A DNA stretch of 64,000 bases from Candidatus Nomurabacteria bacterium. Lineage in GTDB: Bacteria; Patescibacteriota; Minisyncoccia; Phycocordibacterales; UBA9973. The stretch lies in assembly GCA_052035405.1 (NCBI GenBank), contig JBPOHQ010000002.1:334-64333 (forward strand), written 5' to 3'. This document shows positions 48,388 through 58,075 of this stretch, piece after piece (position 1 is the stretch's first letter; each line of letters begins with the position of its first letter). A program made the translations under genes and the position numbers. The notes under the pieces are model-generated. The model did no database searches and was not told the DNA's origin. It saw only the letters and a list, made by a program, of their open reading frames with translations.

Positions 48388-48960
48388 ATGAAAATAACAT
48401 CAGCTGTCTTTGTGCGAGGGGCGAGAGGGGAAAACGATATATTAAACGATGGGATACCTCAGATAGCCTTTATCGGCCGAGCGAATGCTGGGAAATCAAG
48501 CCTTATTAACTCTTTTACTGGTGTTAAAAATCTTGCTATTACCAGTAGTACTCCAGGCCGTACTCAAGAACTAAATATCTTTTTAATCAACAAAAAATTC
48601 TATTTTATAGACTTGCCTGGATATGGTTATGCGAAGGCCACCTTTGAGAAATGGAAAGAAATGAACAAACTCATTTATTGGTATCTCATCGAGTCTCCGT
48701 ATGAGCCAAAGATAGTGCTCATCGTAGACGCAGAGATAGGTCCAACAGAAGACGATATGGGTGTGCTTAAATACCTCGAAGAAAAAGGTAAGGATATCGT
48801 GATCGTGGCGAATAAAGTAGATAAGATTAAAAAATCTCAATATCTCAATCAATTAAAAAAAATCAGAGACAAAATGCCCGGACACAAAGTATTCCCATAT
48901 TCTTCAAAAGAAAAGATAGGTATAGGAGAACTCTCTGCAGAATTACTTGGAAGAAGGTAA
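48388..48960 (+). CDS. engB: ribosome biogenesis GTPase YihA/YsxC
   Basis: GRANAGKSSLIN, STPGRT, DLPGYGYA, NKVD. Confidence 0.94.
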   Translation: MKITSAVFVRGARGENDILNDGIPQIAFIGRANAGKSSLINSFTGVKNLAITSSTPGRTQELNIFLINKKFYFIDLPGYGYAKATFEKWKEMNKLIYWYLIESPYEPKIVLIVDAEIGPTEDDMGVLKYLEEKGKDIVIVANKVDKIKKSQYLNQLKKIRDKMPGHKVFPYSSKEKIGIGELSAELLGRR

Positions 48961-48963
48961 CCA

Positions 48964-49395
48964 ATGAATATTGATTGGAAAAAAGTAAAGAAGATACCAG
49001 GATGGTGGAGATGGGTGCCATTTCTCCAGGTGGACGTCGCCGCGACGGTGTATCCGTATATGTATTTCCCAAAGGATGTTTTCGATGATTTACATAGTGA
49101 TAGTCCAGATAAAAACAACTTTTCAATTCTCGTTCATGAGAGAGTGCACCTGGAGAGGCAGATACAGTATGGGGCACTTGCATGGAATTTAAAATATATT
49201 TTTTCTAAAAAGTTTAGACTCAAAGAAGAGCTTGAAGCAATTACGGTGCAAATGAAGTATATGAAAGAAAATAACTTTGAATACAATATCGAAAGGAAAG
49301 CCAGTCAGTTTGCAAGTAGTGTGTATCTGTGGGTCTTGCCAGAGGATAAGGCTCGAGATGTCTTAACTAAACTTTGGAATACTAAAGGAGTATAA
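48964..49395 (+). CDS. hypothetical protein with an HExxH motif
   Basis: LVHERVHLERQ...EELEA. Confidence 0.6.
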   Translation: MNIDWKKVKKIPGWWRWVPFLQVDVAATVYPYMYFPKDVFDDLHSDSPDKNNFSILVHERVHLERQIQYGALAWNLKYIFSKKFRLKEELEAITVQMKYMKENNFEYNIERKASQFASSVYLWVLPEDKARDVLTKLWNTKGV

Positions 49396-49402
49396 TGTAG
49401 GT

Positions 49403-49846
49403 ATGAAAAAAGACAAGAAAATAATTTGGCTTTTTGTTTTATCAGTAATGGGTGTCGCTTTCTCTGGGTATTTGAGTGGAGTAAAGCTTTTTACAAAAAC
49501 ATGTGCCTTCAATGAGTCGTGTCCATATTTCTGGGGTTATCCGGCTTGTTACTTTGGGTTCGGTCTTTTCTTTACACTTTTTGTCGTATCTTCCTTGCTT
49601 TTTGCTCAAAAAATAGAAAACAAAAACGGACTGATATCGATGAGCTTCGTGTCATTTCTCGGAGTATTGTTTGCCGGGTATTTCACACTAAAAGAAATTC
49701 CTATTTTGCTTCGAGATGGTCTCAGTGCCTATCTCTTTGGTCTACCTACTTGTGCGTTAGGGCTAGTCTTCTTTATTGTGATTTTTATTACTTCATTGAT
49801 TGGAGCAAGTAAAAAAGATTTAGTTGAGCAATCCTTTCAGGATTAA
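49403..49846 (+). CDS. membrane protein, distantly VKOR-like
   Basis: Four TM; C-x5-C loop and further Cys residues (PACY, LPTC). Confidence 0.5.
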   Translation: MKKDKKIIWLFVLSVMGVAFSGYLSGVKLFTKTCAFNESCPYFWGYPACYFGFGLFFTLFVVSSLLFAQKIENKNGLISMSFVSFLGVLFAGYFTLKEIPILLRDGLSAYLFGLPTCALGLVFFIVIFITSLIGASKKDLVEQSFQD

Positions 49847-49858
49847 GAAGGGAAGATA

Positions 49859-50404
49859 ATGGCATCTGACGAACATCATAAAATTAATTTCAATATTAAA
49901 TCTCGTAAAGGTGCTCGAGGTATTCGCATCGCTGTAAATGGTGACGGGTCTGTCGTAGTGACCAAACCATCACGGGTGCCTCGTGTCCTTACTGAAGCCT
50001 TCGTAAATTCTAAGATGGATTGGATCATTACGCAGATACGAGAGGTGGAAAAAAGACCTAAGAAGCTCTTCTCACATTACTCCGCAAAAGATTTTAAAGA
50101 ACATAAACAAAACGCATATCTACTGGCTCATAATAGAGTTCTTTATTTTAATACATTTTATAAACATGAAGTGCGTAATATAACGATACGCAATCAGAAA
50201 ACCCGCTGGGGAAGCTGCTCGGGAAAAGGTAATTTAAGTTTTAACTACAAGATAGTCTTCTTGCCAAAAGAATTGCAGGACTATCTGATCGTGCACGAAC
50301 TCTGTCATCTGAAGGAAATGAATCATTCTGTTCGTTTCTGGAATTTGGTTCAAGAACATATACCCGAATACAGAAAATTAAGACAAAAAATAAAAATATA
50401 TTAA
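49859..50404 (+). CDS. YgjP/SprT-like metal-dependent hydrolase
   Basis: RWGSCS, VHELCH...NHS..FW. Confidence 0.88.
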   Translation: MASDEHHKINFNIKSRKGARGIRIAVNGDGSVVVTKPSRVPRVLTEAFVNSKMDWIITQIREVEKRPKKLFSHYSAKDFKEHKQNAYLLAHNRVLYFNTFYKHEVRNITIRNQKTRWGSCSGKGNLSFNYKIVFLPKELQDYLIVHELCHLKEMNHSVRFWNLVQEHIPEYRKLRQKIKIY

Positions 50405-50454
50405 TTCAAAATTTCAAGATAGACGGATACGGTTTCTTTTACTACAATACATAC

Positions 50455-50592
50455 ATGTTGACTAAAGTAATCATATTTGTAGCTATCCTCATAGGTCTCA
50501 TTTTTGCAATGATGGATTTCTACGACAGAAATGATAAAGATGAAGAGTATGATATGGTTGCGTTTTTTAAGAAATTATTCAAGAAAAATTAA
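50455..50592 (+). CDS. 45-aa single-TM small protein, not in the ORF track
   Basis: MLTKVIIFVAILIGLIFAMMDFYDRNDKDEEYDMVAFFKKLFKKN*; TACAAT 6 nt upstream. Confidence 0.55.
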   Translation: MLTKVIIFVAILIGLIFAMMDFYDRNDKDEEYDMVAFFKKLFKKN

Positions 50593-50604
50593 TATAAAAA
50601 TCAT

Positions 50605-51351
50605 ATGAAAAACAGTAGTATAAAACAAGGAGGATATGTAGGGCTTATATTGATATTGTTAGGAGTACTGGGTGTCGGATTATTTACCTTTAGAACTCAG
50701 ATTTTCTCTGGTGATAAAGAAAGTAAAAGTACGACAGAGAGAGATTTATACGCAATAGATCAAGCACGAGAAGCTAAAGACTTGATTGAGCAAAATAGTA
50801 AAAATACAACAGCAGAAGGTGAGATATTAGAAAAAACTGATCAAAAAGTCGCTGATCAAAATAATAATAAAAAAATTATGCAAGCAGTATTACATACAAG
50901 TAAAGGAGACATTACTATAGATTTCAGTGAGTCTACTCCAAAGACAGTTGAGAATTTTGTAAAATTAGCAAAAGAAGGATTCTATGATGGAACAAAATTC
51001 CACAGAGTTATAAAAGGATTTATGAACCAAGGAGGAGATCCATTATCTAAGGATGATGCAAAATCTGACTACTGGGGAACTGGAGGACCAGGATATAAAT
51101 TTGCAGATGAGATAGTCGCAGGTAATAAAAATGATAAGTACACCATATCCATGGCCAATGCTGGACCAAATACGAATGGATCACAATTTTTTATAAATGT
51201 TGCTGATAATAATTTCTTGGATACAAAACATACTGTTTTTGGTAAAGTAATTACTGGTATGAATGTTGTTGACGCCATAAACAATGTTGCTACTAATCCT
51301 GGAGATAGACCTATAGAACCAGTATTCATAAAGAACATAACACTAAAATAG
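50605..51351 (+). CDS. cyclophilin-type PPIase with an N-terminal membrane/prepilin-like extension
   Basis: FHRVIKGFMNQGGDP, GGPGYKF, SMANAGPNTNGSQFFI, HTVFGKV. Confidence 0.92.
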   Translation: MKNSSIKQGGYVGLILILLGVLGVGLFTFRTQIFSGDKESKSTTERDLYAIDQAREAKDLIEQNSKNTTAEGEILEKTDQKVADQNNNKKIMQAVLHTSKGDITIDFSESTPKTVENFVKLAKEGFYDGTKFHRVIKGFMNQGGDPLSKDDAKSDYWGTGGPGYKFADEIVAGNKNDKYTISMANAGPNTNGSQFFINVADNNFLDTKHTVFGKVITGMNVVDAINNVATNPGDRPIEPVFIKNITLK

Positions 51352-51369
51352 AGTGATGGAAGTTATTTA

Positions 51370-51411
51370 AATAAAAATACTCACACTGATCCCGGTGTGA
51401 GTATTTTTATT
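51370..51411 (+). terminator. intrinsic terminator after the PPIase gene
   Basis: AATAAAAATACTCACAC / GTGTGAGTATTTTTATT. Confidence 0.8.
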
Positions 51412-51441
51412 ATGGTATAATAAATACGTAACTAACTGATC

Positions 51442-52179
51442 ATGAAAAAGCACACATACACAATCATATTTGTTGCATTTATTGTTTTAATTATTATTTT
51501 TCTGATTTTAGAAGATAGGAAAATCTCTCAAATATCAGATGAATCTAATACTACAGATGCAGTGAATTTAACAAACAATACAAATAATCAGAACTTTGAT
51601 GGTAAGTATTGCTATACTTATTTGCAAAAAGCTACTCCTGAGGCACCGTATGCTGTAGAAGAGCACATATTTATGAGTGTAGTTGGGGATATTGTGACTG
51701 GAGAAAAAACTGGTACTCAAAAAGGTCCAGATATGACTAATGGTTATTATGGTGCACTCACGGGTACAAAAAAAGGAAACGATATCGAAGTTATCTATGC
51801 CTATACTGTGGAGGGTTCACAAAATAAAGAAAAAGAATTGTATGTTATGTCAGAAAATAGTCTTGATAAAAAGAGATATTCATTGCTAGAGAAAAATGGA
51901 ATGCTTGTACCTGATTTAAATAGTACTGTAAGGATAATAAGTTATGCTCAGGAGTCATGTGAGAAATATTTTGTGGAGAATTATTTAAAAGAAAACATAG
52001 TCACACTTTCTCCTATTAAACCTATTCTCGGTGGAAGTTGGTATGTAGTCTCTGTTACAGTGAATACGATCAATAGCACGGGGGAAGTTGTGTATGAAGA
52101 TGGTCACGTTCAAGAGAAGAGAGATTTCACGTATGGCATTGATCAAAAAGGAGAGATTACTAGTTTAATTTTAAAATAA
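51442..52179 (+). CDS. membrane-anchored extracytoplasmic hypothetical protein
   Basis: N-terminal TM; C-terminal LGGSWYV...YEDGH motif. Confidence 0.65.
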   Translation: MKKHTYTIIFVAFIVLIIIFLILEDRKISQISDESNTTDAVNLTNNTNNQNFDGKYCYTYLQKATPEAPYAVEEHIFMSVVGDIVTGEKTGTQKGPDMTNGYYGALTGTKKGNDIEVIYAYTVEGSQNKEKELYVMSENSLDKKRYSLLEKNGMLVPDLNSTVRIISYAQESCEKYFVENYLKENIVTLSPIKPILGGSWYVVSVTVNTINSTGEVVYEDGHVQEKRDFTYGIDQKGEITSLILK

Positions 52180-52182
52180 AAG

Positions 52183-53127
52183 ATGGCAAAAAATAAAAAA
52201 ATTGCAATTGTTCTAGGGATATTGGTTTGTGTACTTCTCGTTGTGGGTGTTATTTTTTATGCTCTTAATTTTAAAAAAGAACAAGATACGGTCGTTATTA
52301 CAGGAGATACTATGGAAGTTCCCAATCTAGATTCTAAAAATATGACTTATATCATAGAAGGCGAGACATTTGTATTAAAGGATGGTGTCGCGGAAAAAGA
52401 AGGAGAGCCAGGGACCTTGAGTAAAAATATGTTGACCATGTTTAATGAGCCTGTATATGGAGATTTTGATAGAGATGGAGATGTGGATGCGGCAGTATGG
52501 CTTTTAAATGATTCTGGTGGTACAGGTAAATTCCATTATGCTGTATTAAATATAAATACAGGATCTTCTTATAGGCCTACCAATGCAATGTTTTTAGGAG
52601 ATAGAATATCCCCACAATTTATAAATATTCAAGAAGGTAGAGTTGTGTATAATTTTAAAGAAAGAAGACCAAATGATCCCATGACTGCAGAGCCTACAAT
52701 AGAAAAGAGTATTTGGATTCATTACAATCAAAACACTGGAGAAATAGGTGAATTTGTAAAAGACTTTGAAGGTGAAGCCGATATACATAAAATGAATTTA
52801 TTTATGAAGACATGGAATTGGGTTTCTGCTACTTACCCTGAGGGCAATAAAATTTACCCAGAGAAAGCAAATGCTTTTACTATTTCTTTTAAGAAAGATG
52901 GAACTTTCTCTGCTTCAACAGACTGTAATGGCATTGGAGGAAATTATATTGTAAAAAATAAAGCTATAACATTTAGCGATATGCTTGGCACACTTATGTA
53001 CTGTGAAGGATCACAAGAAGATAAATTTAGAGAAATTTTTGAAAAGACAGATAATTATTATTTCACATCCAAAGGAGAGCTGATCTTTGGATTTAAAGGT
53101 GGTAGCGGTATCGCTATCTTTAGATAA
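52183..53127 (+). CDS. membrane-anchored protein with a C-terminal META domain
   Basis: TM; W.W...F..DG...TDCN..GG.Y...TLMYC. Confidence 0.75.
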   Translation: MAKNKKIAIVLGILVCVLLVVGVIFYALNFKKEQDTVVITGDTMEVPNLDSKNMTYIIEGETFVLKDGVAEKEGEPGTLSKNMLTMFNEPVYGDFDRDGDVDAAVWLLNDSGGTGKFHYAVLNINTGSSYRPTNAMFLGDRISPQFINIQEGRVVYNFKERRPNDPMTAEPTIEKSIWIHYNQNTGEIGEFVKDFEGEADIHKMNLFMKTWNWVSATYPEGNKIYPEKANAFTISFKKDGTFSASTDCNGIGGNYIVKNKAITFSDMLGTLMYCEGSQEDKFREIFEKTDNYYFTSKGELIFGFKGGSGIAIFR

Positions 53128-53132
53128 AATAT

Positions 53133-53537
53133 ATGTACACTTTCTTAAAATTGTATCTCATCACGTTACCTGTATTTTTCGTGTTTGATATGGTTTGGCT
53201 TGGGTTGGTCGCTAAAAAACTTTATGCAAAACAAATAGGATTTCTTTTAAAACCAGATGTAAATTGGACTGCGGCTATTTCTTTTTATTTATTATTTATT
53301 GTAGGCTTAGTTTTGTTTGTGGTGAGTCCAGCACTTGAAAAACATTCCTGGATGCATGCACTAGTTTTTGGTGCACTCTTTGGACTTATCACCTATGCTA
53401 CATACGACCTGACAAATCTAGCCACGACGAGAGATTGGCCGCTCTTAATAACTTTTGTAGACATGGCTTGGGGGACGGTTTTATCAGCTTCCGTATGTAC
53501 GATAGCGTACTTCATCGCGGAGAAATTACATATATGA
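53133..53537 (+). CDS. DUF2177 family membrane protein
   Basis: DMVWLG, YATYDLTNLAT..W, DMAWG. Confidence 0.82.
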   Translation: MYTFLKLYLITLPVFFVFDMVWLGLVAKKLYAKQIGFLLKPDVNWTAAISFYLLFIVGLVLFVVSPALEKHSWMHALVFGALFGLITYATYDLTNLATTRDWPLLITFVDMAWGTVLSASVCTIAYFIAEKLHI

Positions 53538-54307
53538 TGTACTTCACTTGCTTAGCGTTGCTACTCTTTATTTACATGAACCTTTGGTTCGTGACTTCTA
53601 TTTTTGAAAAACGAAATGATATCGCAGATATTGCATGGGGAATAGGATTTGTTTTTCTTGCGTGGGCTTCTTTGCTCATGTCAGAAAGTGTATCTACGCT
53701 AGGTCTATGTGTTACTACTCTGGTAACCGTTTGGGGAATTCGCCTAGCGTACCATATCTTTAAGAGGAATTGGGGTAAACCAGAAGATTATCGATATAGA
53801 ACATGGAGAGAAGAGTGGGGTCAATGGTTTTATTTGCGTTCTTATTTTCAAATCTATATTTTACAAGGCTTCTTGTTATTTTTAGTTGTATTTCCTGTAC
53901 TTTTTATAAATATATACAACACAGCGTCTCTGAATTGGATTTCTATAGTTGGGATTGTGGTGTGGGTTCTTGGTTTCTTTTTTGAATCAGTTGGAGACAT
54001 GCAATTAGCAAAGTTTATTAAAAATCCTGAAAACAAAGGTAAACTCATGCAAAGTGGACTTTGGAAATATACACGACACCCAAATTACTTTGGAGAGGTC
54101 ACGCAATGGTGGGGAATTTTTATTATTGCTTTATCTGTTCCGTATGGATGGGTTACTATTATTAGTCCATTCACTATTACTTTTCTTATTTTGAAGGTAT
54201 CAGGAGTACCTATGCTTGAGAAAAAAATGGAACAGAATCCAGACTTTGCAGAATATAAAAAAAGAACAAGTATGTTTATACCTTTACCAGTTAAAAAAGA
54301 TTTATAA
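53534..54307 (+). CDS. DUF1295 (steroid 5-alpha-reductase-like) membrane protein
   Basis: ADIAWG, WGIRL, EDYRY, GLWKYTRHPNYFGE; ATG 53534 coupled to the upstream stop. Confidence 0.85.
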   Translation: MMYFTCLALLLFIYMNLWFVTSIFEKRNDIADIAWGIGFVFLAWASLLMSESVSTLGLCVTTLVTVWGIRLAYHIFKRNWGKPEDYRYRTWREEWGQWFYLRSYFQIYILQGFLLFLVVFPVLFINIYNTASLNWISIVGIVVWVLGFFFESVGDMQLAKFIKNPENKGKLMQSGLWKYTRHPNYFGEVTQWWGIFIIALSVPYGWVTIISPFTITFLILKVSGVPMLEKKMEQNPDFAEYKKRTSMFIPLPVKKDL

Positions 54308-54308
54308 C

Positions 54309-54767
54309 ATGTCTTATCTAACTTTAGATTTTGTTGGATTATTTATTTTGTTTGCTGGTTTTATTATCGGTCTAGGTGCTGTAACCGTCATAGATTTGCA
54401 CGGTTTTTTAGGACGTAAATCTACCTATTGGACAGAAGCCACTACTCGCACCCATAAAGTCACCAAACCCTTAATATGGTTAGGTATGTTTTTAGTAATT
54501 ATCGGTGAAAGTATTCTCTATAGAGATATAGGTTTGAACAGTGTTACTATTTATCACATTATTACTGCTTTCATTATGATTGTAAATGGCATTTTCTTGT
54601 CGTTTTCTGTAAGTCCCTTCTTGATAAAAAGAGAGTTAGAAGGTAGATCAAAAGATTTACTTCCAAATTCTTGGCAAACAAAAATAACTGTCTCTTTTTT
54701 TGTTTCTTTTGTTTGTTGGTGGAGTAATTTAGCTGTTGTGGTTTTATTTTTGGTAAGTAAATTTTAA
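54309..54767 (+). CDS. hypothetical membrane protein
   Basis: Four hydrophobic segments; likely start ATG 54309. Confidence 0.65.
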   Translation: MSYLTLDFVGLFILFAGFIIGLGAVTVIDLHGFLGRKSTYWTEATTRTHKVTKPLIWLGMFLVIIGESILYRDIGLNSVTIYHIITAFIMIVNGIFLSFSVSPFLIKRELEGRSKDLLPNSWQTKITVSFFVSFVCWWSNLAVVVLFLVSKF

Positions 54768-54769
54768 TC

Positions 54770-55279
54770 ATGAAAATAAAAAAAGTTTTAGTAAGAGATA
54801 AAATGCAAAAGAATTATCTATACGAACTCTCTGAGCCGACAGGTAAGCATTTTGACCCAGAGTTTAGTCCAGATTTAACCCCAAAAGAAATGCTCGAGCT
54901 TGGAGTTTTTGGGGGGTTGTATTTCTCAGATAAACCGAAAGAGTTTCCAAGATCCTGGTTTTTAAAAGCAAAACTCTCAAAGGATGGAAAAAGACATAAA
55001 GAGTTAAATTTTTTTAAAGTTAATGCGAGTCAGTCACTTGCTACTTGGCGGAAAAATGGTTGGATAGAAAAACAAGATCCTCGTGGCTGGATGCAGTGGT
55101 ATTTTCGGTACTATATGGGAAGAAGAAGCCCAGATGATACTCGTCAAATAAAGCGCTGGAAGGCTATGACAAGGCATATAGCTCAGATTACTCGTAAATG
55201 CAGAAAGGGAGATATTCACTGTAATACCCGTCAAAGACAAGCACTGTTGCATTGGGGGTATGACAGTAGAAAGTTTTAG
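54770..55279 (+). CDS. conserved basic hypothetical protein
   Basis: TPKEMLELGVFGG, DPRGWMQWYFRYYMGRR, RQALLHW. Confidence 0.7.
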   Translation: MKIKKVLVRDKMQKNYLYELSEPTGKHFDPEFSPDLTPKEMLELGVFGGLYFSDKPKEFPRSWFLKAKLSKDGKRHKELNFFKVNASQSLATWRKNGWIEKQDPRGWMQWYFRYYMGRRSPDDTRQIKRWKAMTRHIAQITRKCRKGDIHCNTRQRQALLHWGYDSRKF

Positions 55280-55320
55280 TTATTATCAATATAGATAGAA
55301 TGTTATAATAGAATATTATT

Positions 55321-55917
55321 ATGCTTGAATTATTTAATATACCTTATCTTTTGATCACTTACGGCTACGCTGGAATTTTTTCAATTGTGTTTTTAGAGTC
55401 AGGTATTTTTTTTGCATTGCCTGGAGATAGTTTACTTTTTACTGCAGGACTTTTGGCTTCGACTACTTACCTTAAACTCTATATCTTAATACCTATTATT
55501 TTTGTGGGGACATTTCTTGGAGGTATAGTGGGGTATTATATCGGTGTGCATATTCATAGACTTTGTAAATATTCTTTGTTTAAAAAAATATTAAAAGAAG
55601 AACATATAGAAAAAGCTCATGAATTTTTTATGAAATATGGAAAAGGTGCGATTATATTTTCTCGCTTTATTCCTATTTTGCGTACTTTTATGCCTATAGC
55701 AGCTGGGGTAGCTCATATGGAATATAAATCTTTTTTGAAATATAGCCTCATAGGATCTTTTGTATGGTCTACTAGTGTTACCCTTGTAGGTTATTTCTTG
55801 GGACAAGTTTTTCCAAAGATTAAAGACTATATGACTTGGGTAGTCATAATTGTGGTTTTGTTATCTGTATTGCCTGCTGTTGTGGAAATGTTAAGAAAAA
55901 CAAAAAACGATAAGTAG
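55321..55917 (+). CDS. DedA family membrane protein
   Basis: LPGDSLLFTAG, RFIPILRTF. Confidence 0.9.
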   Translation: MLELFNIPYLLITYGYAGIFSIVFLESGIFFALPGDSLLFTAGLLASTTYLKLYILIPIIFVGTFLGGIVGYYIGVHIHRLCKYSLFKKILKEEHIEKAHEFFMKYGKGAIIFSRFIPILRTFMPIAAGVAHMEYKSFLKYSLIGSFVWSTSVTLVGYFLGQVFPKIKDYMTWVVIIVVLLSVLPAVVEMLRKTKNDK

Positions 55918-55918
55918 T

Positions 55919-56830
55919 TTATTTTAAACTTTCTTTAATATATTTTTCTATTTTTTTATATTCAGTAGGTTTAAACCATTTTGTGTGTGAATCTCGCTTA
56001 AACCAGGTTTTCTGCCTTTTTGCATAATGATTTATCTCATTTGTGAGTTGTTCTACCATGTCTGTTTTTGTAATCTTACCTTCTAAGTGTAAAGCCATAT
56101 ATCTGTATTCTAGACCTAGTTCTTTCATACGTTTCCAAGACACCCCTTTCTTGTGTAGATATATGGCTTCTTTAAGCATACCTTTTTTTATCCTAGCTAA
56201 AAGCCTGGTGTGTATTTTTGTTTTTAGGTTTATATCATCGAGATATAAACCTATTTTAATAAATTCATACGTGGGCTTACCCTCTGTAATTTTTGGAACT
56301 GTACCAATAGACTTAGCTATTTCAATGGCTCTGATGAGTCTTACTGTATTGTTTAATTCATTTTTATTTTTAATATCTGTGGCTCGAGTCTTGTCTAGTT
56401 TTTCTAAGGTTTTAAAAAGTTTTTCTGGAGACTGTTTCCTTAAAGTTTCTCTCAGTTTTTTATTTGGTGGTACTTCTGGGAATACGGTATTGTTCACTAC
56501 TGCATCTATATAAAATCCCGTACCTCCAGTTATGATAGGAATGTTGCCCCTTTTAAAAATAAGTTCTATCTCCTTATCAGCTATTTTTTTGAAATCAGTA
56601 ACAGTAAAAACTTTTTTAGGGTTTACTACGTCCAGCAAATGGTGTTTTACACCAGACATTTCTTTTTTAGTTATTTTTCCAGTACCTAAGTCTAGTCCAG
56701 AGTATACTTGCCTTGAATCCGCAGAGATAACCTCAGCTTTGTTTTTAAATAGTCTTTTTGCTATAGAGACAGCTAAGTCACTCTTGCCGGTAGAGGTCGC
56801 TCCTAATATAACGAGTATCTTTTGTTTCAT
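55919..56830 (-). CDS. miaA: tRNA dimethylallyltransferase
   Basis: GATSTGKS, SADSRQVY, GGTGFY, YAKRQKTWF. Confidence 0.95.
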   Translation of the reverse strand: MKQKILVILGATSTGKSDLAVSIAKRLFKNKAEVISADSRQVYSGLDLGTGKITKKEMSGVKHHLLDVVNPKKVFTVTDFKKIADKEIELIFKRGNIPIITGGTGFYIDAVVNNTVFPEVPPNKKLRETLRKQSPEKLFKTLEKLDKTRATDIKNKNELNNTVRLIRAIEIAKSIGTVPKITEGKPTYEFIKIGLYLDDINLKTKIHTRLLARIKKGMLKEAIYLHKKGVSWKRMKELGLEYRYMALHLEGKITKTDMVEQLTNEINHYAKRQKTWFKRDSHTKWFKPTEYKKIEKYIKESLK

Positions 56831-56832
56831 TG

Positions 56833-56916
56833 TGCCCAGGGAGAGAATCGAACTCTCATGATGTTGCCACCAATAGATTTTGAGTCTATCGCGTCTACCA
56901 ATTCCGCCACCTGGGC
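56833..56916 (-). tRNA. tRNA-Leu(CAA), 3' CCA not encoded
   Basis: Reverse complement GCCCAGGTGGCGGAATTGGTAGACGCGATAGACTCAAAATCTATTGGTGGCAACATCATGAGAGTTCGATTCTCTCCCTGGGCA, with a long variable arm. Confidence 0.95.
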
Positions 56917-57023
56917 ATGTAGTGAATAGTAGCCTATTTTTTTTAGTTTTTCAACTTTTTATACACAAAATTTTCTGTATCCAAGTTTTTTAAAAAAATA
57001 AAAATCATGTTAGAATAGTTTAC

Positions 57024-58073
57024 ATGTCTACATTATATTCCAACTCAATTTTCTGGATCGACACCGATAAAATAAAACCAAACCCTTATCAGCCTCGCCG
57101 AGAATTCGACGAAGCCCGTTTACAAGATTTGGCTGATTCGATTAAGCAATATGGCGTGCTGCAACCTCTTACAGTCTCTCGAGTAGAGAAAGAAAAAGAA
57201 GATGGGGGATTGATGACTGAATATGAATTGATCGCAGGAGAGCGTCGCCTGAGAGCTTCAAAACTCGCAGGTGTCTCGCAGGTGCCTGTGATTATCCGCG
57301 TCGGAGATACGTCCATGATGAAGCTTGAGCTTGCGATACTTGAGAATTTGCAGCGTGAAGATTTGAACGCTGTCGACAGGGCAAAGGCATTTCAGCGTCT
57401 CTCAGCTGAATTTAAATTCACTCATGCGGAAGTTGCAAAGAAGATGGGTAAGAGTCGTGAGTATGTATCAAATTCTCTTCGAATACTTTCTCTTCCAGAG
57501 GAGATACTTCAAGGATTATCTGAAGGAAAAATTTCCGAAGGGCATACTCGACCGCTCCTTATGCTTACTGATCATCCAGAAGAACAGATTGTTTTATTTA
57601 AAGAGATTTTATACAAAAAGATAACTGTTCGTGAAGCAGAAAAATTAGCCCGGAAGATAGCATACGATAGAGTTCGCAAGAAAGAATTTATAGCTGATCC
57701 TGCTATCACAGAGATGGAAGAAGAATTTCAGGATAAATTAGGCACTAGAGTTCATATTGAGATGAAAGAACTTGGAGGTCAGATAAAGATAGATTTCTTT
57801 TCTACTGAAGACCTACAATCTATTTTAGACCTTATAGAGAGACGTGGTGTTGCAAAGAAGCCTACAGATATGCTTGAAAAGCATATAGCTGCTACTGTGC
57901 ATAGTGTTAATTCAGAAAACATAACAATCCATACAGAAGATCAAAAGAGTATTTCTAATACTACATTAGCAAATGCAGTACCTTCGATAGAAGAACTAAT
58001 ACCAACTCCAGAAATAAAAAAAGAAGAGCCAGAGGATACGACTCTCTATAATATATCCAACTTTAGTCTTTAG
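57024..58073 (+). CDS. parB: ParB/Spo0J partition protein
   Basis: PNPYQPR, GVLQP, AGERRLRA, ENLQREDL, HTH. Confidence 0.93.
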   Translation: MSTLYSNSIFWIDTDKIKPNPYQPRREFDEARLQDLADSIKQYGVLQPLTVSRVEKEKEDGGLMTEYELIAGERRLRASKLAGVSQVPVIIRVGDTSMMKLELAILENLQREDLNAVDRAKAFQRLSAEFKFTHAEVAKKMGKSREYVSNSLRILSLPEEILQGLSEGKISEGHTRPLLMLTDHPEEQIVLFKEILYKKITVREAEKLARKIAYDRVRKKEFIADPAITEMEEEFQDKLGTRVHIEMKELGGQIKIDFFSTEDLQSILDLIERRGVAKKPTDMLEKHIAATVHSVNSENITIHTEDQKSISNTTLANAVPSIEELIPTPEIKKEEPEDTTLYNISNFSL

Positions 58074-58075
58074 TG

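Noticed and set aside
56917-58073. parS site or replication origin near parB
   Set aside because: I saw no TGTTTCACGTGAAACA-like palindrome, DnaA-box cluster or adjacent parA
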